DNA of 64,000 nucleotides from assembly GCA_907165135.1 (NCBI GenBank), contig OU015568.1, forward strand, positions 4,402,001 to 4,466,000. Reading direction: 5' to 3'. Below are positions 27,206-39,500 of the stretch, one piece after another (positions within the stretch are counted from its first letter, which is position 1; each line of letters opens with the position of its first letter). The DNA comes from Oikopleura dioica. Lineage: Eukaryota > Animalia > Chordata. The notes under the pieces were generated by a model. The model saw only the letters and a list, made by a program, of their open reading frames with translations, made no database searches and was not told the DNA's origin. A program made the position numbers and the translations under genes.

Positions 27206-28589
27206 ATGAAAAATTCTTTTATATTACTTACTCTTACAGTAAGTGGTCTTTGGCCAGAAAAAGTAGAGAAAACGGGAGATCACAATATAATCACCATCAA
27301 CAGGTAACCGCAGATTTTGCGCTTATTATGACTGTACTTGATTTCAATAGTTTCGATCATAGATTCACCTCCCCGAGCTTTGCAAGAGTTATCTACCGCC
27401 CAGAAAACCAAGAGGATAATATATACAAAGCCTCGATTGGGTGCAATGGTTTCATTGGCAACCGATTTCGGTTTTGGACAATCAAAGGCATTGGATCTTG
27501 AATTTTTGCGAGCTTTTCTATACAGTAATAAATTATAATCATTTTAACTTTTGCTTAAAAATATTTGTATGAATCTTAAAAAATTGCCTTCTGGTTTTTA
27601 CTAGATCCTTTTACAGACTGTCTGGATACAACTTATCTTCCCGAGCTGAAGAAAAAGGTCCTAGCTGGCGATATCTACATTATGTACCGCGGAATCAACC
27701 AAATCGAAGGCCCAAAATCGCCAAATGTCAAGTACCAAAAAGTCTCCCGATTCTATGTTCGAACTTACCACCTCGTTTTCGCCGTCGAGGAGGCATTTCA
27801 ATTCGACGAGGTTGCGCACCCAGCTAGATTTATGAATCTTCAAGAATACGTCAGAAACGTAAAGAAGCAAAAATGGCCTAACTGCGTCTTTCTTGGAGAG
27901 AACGAGGAGAATCGAAGGCGAGTTAGAGGAGGCCTTGAGTACAAAAATGTAGCAGAAAAGCTGATTGTGCAGAGGGTCTGGAAAAGAAAGAGCTTTGATG
28001 CATGGCATGATACATTTACGATTTCTGGCGATTCAGGTGAGATCCAAGATCGATCAATATTCGTGAAAAAAAACTCGAATTCTAGCTCTTTCGAATAGCG
28101 ACATTGGTTCTCCAGTCCTCTGCAAGACCTATCCAAACAACAACGCCAAGGGAAGCTTCAAAATCATCGGGATGATCGTCAACCACGACGTCTACGACAA
28201 AGAACCAATGCGCGCAAAAGGAAAAAGAGACTTCGCAGAGGTCAAGATCAACCTCTCTTTCGCCGAGTTCTTCGCTTCCAACACAACAGACAGCAGAAAA
28301 CGAGTCAATCGACGACCAAGGCCGAAGCGGAAGAAATTCGACGTCGAAAATACTCCCGACAAGTTTTGGAAGCTGAGCAAGAATAATTTCATTTTAAAGG
28401 AAGAAGTTGACGGGACGAAGAAAAAACACCCGGTTCATAGAGCGTATTTGCATCCGGAATTTCTCAGACCGAAGTATTTGGTGGCAGCAATGATGGCGAA
28501 ATATCTACCGTTTGTTTTTATAGGGAAAGATTTAAAATAGTTTTATTATTGGAAAATTCGCCCAAAAAACTATAAAGAATAATAATTAA
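27206..28589 (+). CDS. Secreted protein, possibly a degenerate non-catalytic trypsin-fold homolog
   Basis: Signal-like MKNSFILLTLT. CNGFIGNRFRFWT resembles CGGSLIxxxWVLT, and SDIGSPVLC...FKIIGMIV resembles GDSGGPLxC...LVGIVS. Catalytic His and Ser are not seen. Exon joins are inferred. Confidence 0.4.
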
Positions 28590-28684
28590 TTTCCAAAGTG
28601 GTTGAATATGAAAAAAATTGAATTTTCTTCCCTTTGAAGATAAATTATGGTCTGTAATTTCAAATCTCTCCAATAGTCGTCGGA

Positions 28685-29756
28685 TTGCTTGGGATCGCAC
28701 AGGCTTGGAATAGATATCGTTCTGACCGCGATGAATATGGCGAAATCGACAGTAAAGGAAAGGTCTTATTCAGGTCGAAGAACAAACTCTATCGGTTCCT
28801 CCCTCACATTATTTTTCTCCTCGTCGGCTTGGCGTTTTATACCGGATGGAAGGTTTTCAATCTGTCAGTGGAAAAATTGAGGTCAGATTTGTATTTTCTA
28901 CCGATAAGAAAAGTGATGTTAAAGCCATTGGATCATGAAAGGTGTTGGTTTTTTGCTGTGGATTTTCTTGCTTCTTGCGTATCTGATGAAACTTGATACT
29001 GATGAAGATCCTGGAAGTCAACTGTATACCCTTTACGGGCAATTTATTCAGCAGCGGAAGACGAAGGTAAATTTTTTCATACGCACAGGGATATCAACCG
29101 TTTAGGAGATGGAAAATCCATTTTCTGATCGAGCCTCTCTCCATTCAAAATTCCTCGAACTTCAAGAAAAAATCGGCAGCTACAGCAAATCAACTCCAAA
29201 AAGCAAAATGTTGATTCGACTTGTGAAACTTGGATCGGCAGCTTTGATTGTTTTCGTAATCGTGTTCAAGCTAGATTTTTTCAAAGAAATCGTTCCCTTC
29301 GTCGTTCCAGGTAGCGATTTTTTACCAAAAGATCTTAATTTTCTACTCGTAGTTGCTCTATTGCTTGTCCTCTGCCTCGTTGATCATAACAAGCCATTGC
29401 TGAAGAACGAAAGCTACAAGTCTGTAGACATCAGATCGATGCACCGAAACTTCATCGAAAACGAGCTCATTTGTATCCGAGAACATTTGCTTAAAGACTC
29501 GACCTTAGAATATTCAACGATGCTTTCTTCCTCTCCCTCAGGAAAAGAATCAGAAAAGTGCTTTTCACCCCCTTTGAGAAATTATTATTTCTAATTTTAA
29601 AAAGATAGTAATCTGATGGAGGAAATCGAAGCGCTCACGGAGCTCAATGAGAAGAAGCAGGCGGAAATCCAGGCGAAACTCGAGGCCCAAGAATCACTGA
29701 ATTTCGCGAATGAATCATTTGAAAACGAAACAACTGCCTTTTTATCCCCTAAATAA
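28685..29756 (+). CDS. Hypothetical multi-pass membrane protein with C-terminal coiled coil (5' end uncertain)
   Basis: Hydrophobic segments FLPHIIFLLVGLAFY, GSAALIVFVIVF and FLLVVALLLVLCLV. The last exon (DSNLMEEIEALTELNEKKQAEIQ...) is joined via an inferred GA-AG intron at 29542-29604. Confidence 0.5.
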
Positions 29757-29882
29757 AACTCTTAAAATCATCTCTCTCCGATCAACAGGCTGTTTGGCAA
29801 TATAATCGTAAAAACGCATCAAACTCATAACTTGGCCGCTGAATTGGCATCAGCTAACGACAGAAAAAATAATAGAGGAAAA

Positions 29883-31302
29883 ATGAGTTTTTCAAAACTC
29901 CACTTGTTATTTTTCATTTTGATTTTGACTTCTTTAAGTTTTGTTATTTTCTTAATATCCAATGAAAAGAGAATAAAAAGTGGGGATATTGATCCAAACA
30001 AATTCCTGCTCGAAGATGAAGAAAATAAAAGGGAGGAAAATTGCGGCCTACTAAAAACAAGATTCGGAAGGCGACACGAATTCTCTGTTTTTCCTTTTGT
30101 CTCGGCTCGGCAACCTGTGTAGAAAACCTGAGTCAGGTTCTGGAGAGCGAAAATGAAAAGCTCTTTATTTTAGCTCTTCAGAACCTGACTCAGGTATTCC
30201 ACACAGGTTGCCGAGCTCAGCCTTTTGTTTCCCTACCTGGCAGTGGAAATACGTGAGTGAAAGCATTTACTACTGATGGGGTGTTGGATAGCGGAAAAAA
30301 TCTCATCGGAGCCTGCGTTAGGCTTGTAAGGCTAGTAACCATACATCCCACTGACGGGCGCTCTGATTCGTCCGTTTAATTTTTCTCGAATTTTCCATAA
30401 GATTCACGTAACCCGTTTTTCCAACATCTGACGAATCAGAGCGCCGACCAAGAAAACGTGTGGTAACTGGCCTCACTAGCCTTACTCAGGTCCGCTTGAG
30501 ATAGGCACTCTGATTCGCCACAGCGCTCTGATGGAAATTCCGCTATCAAACACCCCATCAGTAGCAAAATAAATGAAGAATTAAGCTGGACAAGGATGCT
30601 CCTTGAGAAAACAACGGGGATTTATACAGGAAGCATTTACATGGACCGACAGTTGCTGGAAGGCGGATTTCTTGGAGAAAAGACTGTGCCGAAAAATGGC
30701 CAAACTCTCTTTCAAAAATCTCATGTCTTCGAAGAGCGACGAATTCCAAACGCAAAAGCCTTCCTTTTCCTCGTCAGAAATCCGTTCGACGCTACCATCG
30801 CTGAATGGAAAAGACGACACGGCCAAGGCCACACGGGGACAGCAAAAGAACGGATTTTCAGAGGACAAAAGTGGGAAGAAACTGGAAAAAATATGCTCAG
30901 AAATTGGAAGAATCTAACGGAACAAGCTGTTGATAAACGAAAAACGCTGCCAGTTCATCTTCTTTATTATGAAGATTTGAAGAAAAATGCGACTTTTGAG
31001 ATGGAAAAAATTCTCGATTTCATCGAACAAGAGGATATTTACGTTGTCCCAGATCGAGACCAAAGAATGAGATGTCTTCAAGAGGTAACAAGGATAATTT
31101 CAATGATAACGTTGATAATTTTCAGTCGTTATCGGAAACAGAAAAATTTCATCGGCCGAAAGCTCAACCGACTTTTGAATATTTTACTGAAGAAATGAGT
31201 CAACTTGGCAATCAATGCATCCGAGATGTTTTCAGCTTATTGAAGAAGAATAATCTTCCTCTTTTTGACATAAATTCATATTTAAAAACGTCCTCTCAAT
31301 AA
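29883..31302 (+). CDS. WSCD1/2-like: WSCD-type Golgi sulfotransferase (type II membrane, no WSC domain seen)
   Basis: N-terminal TM; PAPS-binding [63 protein letters not shown]. This matches the WSCD1/2 sulfotransferase pattern. Confidence 0.85.
30101..30220. mobile_element. 120-bp MITE with 8-bp TSD inserted in coding sequence; forms a GT-AG intron (30099-30220)
   Basis: TIRs CTCGGCTCGGCAACCTGTGT / ACACAGGTTGCCGAGCTCAG, with subterminal CCTGAGTCAGG and CCTGACTCAGG. TSD CCTTTTGT at 30093-30100 and 30221-30228. Confidence 0.9.
30270..30564. mobile_element. MITE with ~26-bp TIRs inside intron 30253-30586
   Basis: CTACTGATGGGGTGTTGGATAGCGGA pairs with TCCGCTATCAAACACCCCATCAGTAG. There is an internal inverted pair GCGCTCTGATTCGTC / GACGAATCAGAGCGC. 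No clear TSD. Confidence 0.75.
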
Positions 31303-31439
31303 TAATTTTGTTGAAGTAATGCGTTCTCTTTATAATTCTATTAAGTATTGTTTGTTCTCTCAAATTATTAATAAAAAACTTGGTTTGTTTATTTGTTTCG
31401 ATTGAAATTCTCAAATCTGTACGTTTTCACTTTTCGTCT

Positions 31440-31625
31440 TCCAGTAGCCCGAGCGTGAGGAGGGTAAGCCCGCGACGTAGTGAATAGGGCTGGGACGCGC
31501 GCGCTGATTGGCGGAGGCGCGTGGGCTCGTAGCGGCGCTGGCGAATGAGCGCGCGGCTCGGAGCTCGCTACTCCCGAGTGAGTGAGCCGCCGCCGCTGAG
31601 ATCATCTCTTCTCGCCACTCACACA
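31440..31625 (+). promoter_or_regulatory. CpG-rich promoter-like block upstream of the Ig/FN3 gene
   Basis: Strong local GC/CpG enrichment with a reverse CCAAT (GATTGG ~31507), followed by a CA-rich leader-like tract. Confidence 0.4.
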
Positions 31626-33571
31626 CACACAAGCCAAGATCGCACACGATCGCACAAAAAGAATCTTCGAGTGAACATACCCTTAGAATAAACACCACCA
31701 AAAACAAAAAAGCATTTCATTGAAAAACATAAACAAAAAACAGTAAATCGAGAGAACTTTTTTTTAAAAAGAGATTCTCCGGTGGGAAATTTCAAAATCG
31801 AAAGAAAATTTGGGAAAAATTTGAAGAGAAAACTTCGTGATTTTTGATTGGACGAGGTAAATAACGGTGTAGTAACTCGCCTGAGGGCAGGGCATTTCGA
31901 GGGAAGGCCAGGTTCTTGATGGAAAAGGTGCTGAATACTCAAATTGCGTAGGTTGACCCCTTAAGTTCTTGTAAAGGCATGCTACTGTTACTTATGTAAA
32001 ACTGGAAATGCAGTCACTTGTTTAGGCCAATATTTGTACTTATAGCTTGATACGATTCTCTAATAAGAGAACAATTTTTACAGTAAACAACTTTTTCTTA
32101 TTCTGCAGCTGTGGGACGATGTTTTTAGCTTTGAAAATAAGCAATGATTTTAATTTTTTTGAATAAGCGTGAATATAAAAATGGAAAGTGAATAAGTCAG
32201 TTTCTCAGCATTGTTGATTCTACAAACATTTTCGCGTGAATACTGTATTTGCTCATTTATAAGCGGATTCAATGAAAGGTCCTTTTTTATTTATCATCTG
32301 ATACTAGTAAGTGTTAGTTTGTTTTAAATCACTTACTGTATGCTGATAGTTGGCTACGTTGGCTAAAATTTGATAGAGGATCAAGTTTACTGATAGAGTA
32401 TCAATTCAGTGATGAGTATTTTGAGTTCATGAAATATTTCTAGTAGAAATTTTTGATAGAACATTTTGAAGAAAAATCTTTAAAATTAGAGTGCGAAAAA
32501 TTGACAAGATACTTGGCCAGATCCTTTTACAAACCCAAAAGCTCGGGACACGTCGTGCCCTGGAGCTTAGAACCTTGTTCCAGAAGCGAGAACTGTTCCC
32601 TTCATCAGACCCTCTTGTTTTTCAATAATTAATCAACAATTCATGATTACCATTTTATTCAAATCATTATTTAAATCATGAAAATTTACTTATAATATAA
32701 AATTTCATTCCGCTTTCATAAATCTGGAAATTTTTTTCCACAGCAAGATAGTAGCCATTTGATATTTCAAATATCATTCTTGGTATTTGCATTCTTTGAA
32801 TAAAGAAGTAGAAATTACTAGTCATGCTCTGTCTAGTCAGATCATGAAAAAGGAAAAAGTTGAAAAGCCGAGACTTTGCGCAAACAAATCACGGACTGGC
32901 TCATTCTCACGAAACGACTGTCTCCCTAGAGCAGCAGGAATACCATATTTTTCCCTGATATCATTCATAAAGTATATTCTTCCTTGACTCCTCCAACGGA
33001 TAGGCTTGCTTCTGAGTCGAATCACCGCGAAACACCCTTACTATCGATCTTCCCTTTTTCTTAAATATTGATTTTCTCCGTTCAGAAAGATGGTCTCCTA
33101 AAGTGCTCCCTTTCCATTGCCGTTCAACAGTCACCAGCGAAAAACCAAAAAAGCGTCGTTCTCGCGAAAGGAGAACGAACGTCCCGATGCATGAGTGCAT
33201 GCAACATGGCTAACTGGCCGAAGGAGTAAATTTCAATGGAACCCAACGCTGCTTTTTTACGAAACGCCTCTCGCAAAAGAAGAATCTGCCGAGCTCGCTC
33301 AAACGCAGCCACACACCTCAGGCACGGGGCTCATATTTTGGCTTCAATGTAAATTATGAGCAAGTAAACTGTCAAATATGTCTACCCCGAACTCTACCCC
33401 CTGCCCTCGCCCTAGCCTCTTAGTCATTAATAATATGAGCCCAGTTCTAGCTTTCAAAAGAGCGCCAACCTACTCTATGTCTCTTTCCTATATCTCAATT
33501 TTCTGAATCTAAATCACGCATTTGGTAAGATGAATTTCTCAAAGTCCCCTCTCTCAATCTCATCTTTCCAG

Positions 33572-36500
33572 CCTCTGCTGAATCTCAACACACCTATGGC
33601 TACAACGGCTACTATTCCGGATACGCTCTTGATGCTTTACCCGTTATTTCAATCGACGACAACGCTCCCTACGATCTCGATGTCGTCAGCAACGCTTCTT
33701 CTCCTTCCTCCTGGAACAAACTCGACTGTCTGACCAACCAGAACAGCCTAGGCTTCGCCGACCGGGCTCGCTTCGGCGAATCGTCGAAGCTTCGCTGGAT
33801 CAATCAGAAACTGTGGAATGTGACTTGGTTCGCCTTTCAGAGCTTCGATGCCGCGAGTGGCACCCTTGTACATAATTCTCAACACACTCGCGTCAACGAA
33901 GACGGATCACTTTCCATCCACGTCGATCTGATCAACCCAGCTGATGCCACAAACGATACTCTTTACTTTGAATGCGTCCTCGAATACATCGGCCATCGAC
34001 GACAAAGTTTGGAGAAAATCATGAAATCGCAGTTTCCCGCTTCGACGCTGAATATGAAAGCGAATGAGCGTCAAACTGGCTGGCTTACTTTGGCAAAAGA
34101 ACTCCCAAGGCAGAACTACAGCAGATCCAGCTGCATCAACGCTCAAGGAAGACGCTATAAATGCCCAAAAACGCGCAAGAAAATCATCTGGCGCTCTCGT
34201 CGCGCGCGTTACAGAATTCGCCGGCCACGATCGCCACCGAAAATAAAATGCTACAACGATATGAAACGAAAACGCGATTCTAAAGACGAGCTTGTCGTTC
34301 TTCCGCAGTTAAAGGAATGCGAAGAGATTTATGAAGAGTCAGCGTTCGTTCTTGATTGCTCGATTGAGGGCCAGAATTACCAGTCGGATGAAGCGATCTG
34401 GTTCATGAATGGAACGAGACTGGAAAAGCAAAAGTTTGGCTTTAAACCTGCGACTCTAGAAAATGGTATTGGTAAGTTTTGATAATGCTTTTGAGAAACA
34501 GAGCTTCTTCCACGGTGGGAGTCCCACACTCTCTCATGATTGATTTCATGAAAGACAATTTAGACGCGTTGGAAATCTTCCTCGTCAACGGTCGCCTCCA
34601 CATCAGCCGTGCCATTTACAATTCCACCGACTTTACTTGTCAACTTCTCGGTCTCGAATCGCTTCCCTTCACTCCAGTTCTCCTTCCTTTCTCTTTTGAT
34701 TCTAGAGAAATGCCCCCGAACGCTCCTACTGATTGTTTCTTTCCTGGAATCCTGGACGCGCACAAACACATTTTTACAACCGAGTCGGAGTCGTTGACCG
34801 CATTTGTCGTTCATAGAATCGAAGCCGGTAATGCGTTCAACTTCGAAGTTCTCTGCCAGCCGGTTGCGTTGACGGAAGAGAACGCGCAGGTCTATTTCTG
34901 GGCAAATAGGTTTGTCAAGAAGTTTTTTTGGCTGCTTTTAATATTTTTAGGGAAATTTTCCTCAATGAAAGTCTACACCAGCAACTCTACGACCCTTGTA
35001 TTGCTCCTTCTTCCCCTTCAGGCTCTGAAAAGATCAGCTACAGAACCATCTACGATCAGGAGAACGGGAACTCTCGCACTTCCCGAATTCACCATTTGCT
35101 ATCGCCAATTTTTCACGATCTCCATTTGCGAAGCCTAAAAGCGGATAACGAAATCATGTTCCGCGAAAACATCTTCGCGAGCTCAAAAGATCGAAGCATT
35201 GACTTCAATCTCGGTATGCGAATAAACTATTTCGGTCAGGCAAGGATGCTTAATTTCCTATCGCAAGCTACTGCTGCTTATGGCTTTCGCTTTATCACAA
35301 ATTTCTCAATTCCAAAATTACTGCTCGGGCTGTTTCATGAAAGAAAATCACCTTGATGTTGCTCTTGTAGTCATTTTTTCTCCACCTATTTCGCATCCTA
35401 TTTTATAGCAAGTTAATTTTGATTACAACGCGCTTGTGCAGATTTTGACGCTTCCGGATGTGCTTATGCAATATCGAACTGTTAAGGAAATGCTACAGTT
35501 TGAGATCGATGGTTTCAGCAGCAAAATGGATCGTTCAAACTGGTCCAAGGAATGATTTTACAATTTTTTCTTTCCTATTTCTACATTCTCGCACATCTTT
35601 AGACTTTGCGACGACTGTTATAGGCCATAAATTGATATCTACTGACGTCTACAAATATCTACAGATATTTGCGGCTCTCTAAAGACATCTTTAGACATTT
35701 ATTGACATCTCTAGACATTTGAAGACATCTGAAGATATCTTATGCGATCTTGAACATTCTGTTACGTCGATTGATCATATTTAAAATCTCTAAAAAGCGA
35801 GCAGAGTACAGCCTCATTGAAGAAGAAACCATCCTTACCTGCCATGTTCAAGGCCAAAATATAGAGAACTGGAGATTTGAATGGCTCCACGATGGAAAAC
35901 CTATACGAAATCGCGAGTTTAGAACAGTTCTTCGAAAAGCAAGGAAAATTACGGATAACCGAGGAACAAATGATGTCGATAAAGCGAGGCAACTTTGCTT
36001 TGTTTTCAACAAGTATGTTGTCTTATCCGATGAAAGGTGATAATTTTTGAATTCAGGGGCGATCAAAGAGGAATCGACGAATGCCTGGAAGAGCAAAAGC
36101 TATTTGGATATTTGCCAGACGAGGCTGTAGAAATCCTGCCCGAATTCGACCCTGAACTTGGCTCCGACGGTGTGAGCACCTCCTTCACCGACATTTGCCG
36201 AGAGTATACGAATTCCGAGAAGAACGAAACTTGCATTCAAATGAAATACAAATACCTCAAACATCGCTATGCAAGGATGGACCTTTACATCACCCCGAAC
36301 AAGGCGCGCGGCAGCTTCCAGTGCCGAGTCACATCAGATCTTGAAGCTGAAGGAAGTGTGATCAAGACCTTTGTCTTTTTCGACTCTTACGACTCTTACT
36401 ACACACCTGCTGCGCTTTCTCTCGTTCATGATTGGCGACCGCGTCCGTCTTTTGGCGCCCCAAGTGTGTTCTCCGCCAAGTTCTCCGACATCTTTACCCA

Positions 36501-39500
36501 CGTTCAACCAATGAAGCTCGTTTGCCAGTTGTATGGAATTGACGAAGCAGACGTTCGGCGATTCGATTATACAGAGCATCATGCGGGTGTGCGAGGCGAT
36601 ATGACGCGAACCAAGGGACACTGGCCCTCATTATTGTGGAAGCAGAACGGGGAACGCTTCCAGCCGGGCGAGGGGAACAGGCTTTATCGCCACCAGGACG
36701 AGAGCTACATATTCCAAGCTGATACGCTCGGAGATCCGACGGGGCGCTTCGGGCGCTGGAACCCCGATCAGATTTGGGAAACGGACGAGTCAATGGCGCA
36801 CCTCGCAAAACGCATCAAAAATACGGATAAAGCCACGATCATGTCGGAACTCCTGATCTACGACTTTAGCCACGGCGACGAAGGAAGTTATTCCTGCGAG
36901 TTTGACCTTGCCAAGGCGCGTCTGAACACTCCAAATGCGATGAATCGAGGAAAAATGGAAAGCTTCGCTCTTATGATTGAAAGCGTCGAACCGAGCAACA
37001 CTCAGTTGAAAGAAAAAGTAGGCGTTAAGATCACTTGGTCCGTGCCGTTTGAAGTTTGCGACGGGCAACGAGCAGACGACTGTAATGAGAATATTATGGT
37101 TCGAAAAGAACATCGACAAGCAGCAAAAGAAGCGTCGTTTTTCTGGGAAAGCTTTGATAGATCTGAAACGCGGTTCGCGATCATGCTTTATCCAAGACGG
37201 AGATTTCGGAACGCTGCTTTCACTCCTCCGGAAGGGCAAAACCCGACGCTACAAATTGATATCGCCAGCAAGACCGGCGAAAATGACCCAATTTATGAGC
37301 GCGTGTTGGATCCTGAAAACACTCTGTTGGGCCATCATGATTGCGATCTTGACAATATCCGATGCTTCGTTGATCCGAAGTTTATCTGGTCGAAATGTGA
37401 AGAACTTATAGATATTCTAGAGCGATTGGAGTGTGATCGATATCGGCGAGCGCTCAGGACAAGGATCGTCTGCAGCTGTACTTTCAGAGATCCTTCGAAT
37501 TTGAGTGAACGGGACTTCGGCAGACGCGGGCGATTCGAATACGGAGTCGATTACGAGGTCCAGGTCCGAATGAAGACCGGCAAATTCAGTCAATCCACCG
37601 GCTTCGACTTCAGTGAATACCTCGTCGCGCACAATCGGCCGATCGTGCGCGTTCCTGTTCCAAAAGACTCGGACGATTTTGACCACTTCAGTCCTGCTAG
37701 AATCAACCGCGAGGAATCAAACGTCCTCATCGACGGCATCGCAAGAATTCGTTGGGACTACACTTTCGAACATCCGGAGAGCTTCTTCAATAAGCAGAAA
37801 TTCCAACCAATGATCAGTTCTCAAACACTCGTCTGGGGAACCCTCTCTCAGCACCTCAAAGTCCGCCAAATCCTCTCCCCTGAATTACGAATTGTCGACA
37901 TCGGCCCTTTCAGCCCCTGGGAGAATTTCACTTACGTGGTTCATCTCGAGACAACGTTTGTTTCGGACCCAGAAGTGATCAAAAAGTCGCAGAACTTCTT
38001 CGTAAATGGCGATAATTTGAACAGATTCGATCGCTGTCAGGATTCGCGTCGAGGAGCTCCTGTCCGCGACCTCTGGTCATCCCTTGATTCTGATTTCTCT
38101 TCCCTGACCGTTAATTACCGCTTTCCAACGCTAAACAGAAACGAGTACGCGAATGTAGAAGTCTTCACGACCAATTTTACCCAGCTGGCGCAAGTCAATC
38201 CAGGGAGAATTGAAACAGAAACAGATAGAACTAGCCTTCGCGTTTGCGATGTTGCCTACTCTCCGAAGCCGTTGGCGCTAGAAATGAGCCTGCAGAAGCC
38301 AATGAGTCGTTCCTTCGCCGTGGCGATGGACATCTATGACTTCAAGAAGATCAAGTCACAGCCAGCGCATAATATTTTGGTAAATGAAAAAGAGGGGTTA
38401 TTCGCAGCGAATATTCTTCCCAAATGCGACATTTTGCTCACCACGCCCAACGAAGAGCCGTCTGAATTGCAGGAATTGACCTGGATCTGCCCGAATCACA
38501 CGAACATCGCCTTTTTCGGCAATAGCGAGCATCAGAAACAGCGAATTTTGACTAGTTCAAAAAGTAGAAAACGTTCTTCGGCGTGGAAGCCTACAGACGA
38601 ACTCTCCTTCATTCAGCAACTAAAGAATCTTGATTATCTTCAATATCTTCTTTTCGAGCTTCGATGGTCCTTCAAGAGCGAGCACGGCGACTGGAAATAC
38701 ACGCAAATTCCCTTCGAGAAGGTGGTAAATCTGGACAATGGAAAACTCAAAAATGTCCTTGGAACCATTTCCGATCCGTTCAAATACAAATGGGAAAAAC
38801 CCCAGCCGCCTAAATCGTCAAAACCAACTTGTGACAAGACAGTCGTCGGAATAAGAATGATCCTCAGAAACTCTCGTAAGATTAACTCATTCAGCTTTCA
38901 ATTATTCATGTTTTTAGAAAATAGCGGGGAATTTATCACATCGAATTTTTCAAACGAAGTCAGTTTTGCGGCTCAAGATGAAGACAATCTGACCCCTCTT
39001 TCGGCGGTCGTCATTTACCACGGAACAAATCACATGATCCAGGTAAATCATCGCTCTCATTCATTTCTCATCTTCATTATTTCAGGTTTTGCCGGATACA
39101 GCGCCGCAGCAGTACTGTAGCCAGGAGACGTATTTGCAAATCATGGTCAAGAAAGTTGACGAGAAGTTGCGGGATGGAGAAAATAACGCTACGGAGTGGA
39201 TCGGCTGCTCTCTTTTATCAAGCGACACAGCAAGCAACAGTAAGTCAACCAAGGAATCATCCTTTTCTTAGTCCGTTTTTATTCAGATCTGATTTCCATT
39301 TCCAAAATGTACAACAAACAAGGAATCCCAAAAACCGTCAAGGAGATCATGGCTAACTCGAGCGACTGCGCGCTCTACAAGTTCAAAACGCGCAAGGCCG
39401 TCAAGAACAACAAATTGCGCCCAAATCGGCAAAAGATCGACCGGGAACGATGTCTTAGTCCAGATGAATTCGAAAAGTCGTCCGATTGGACAAGCTGGAA

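Noticed and set aside
35690-35750. GACATCT(C/T)TAGACATTT degenerate minisatellite in an intron
   Set aside because: Only 3-4 imperfect units. This is ordinary intronic slippage.
36334-38837. Antisense ORFs over the Ig/FN3 gene
   Set aside because: Expected shadows of a long GC-richer coding exon, with no independent motifs.
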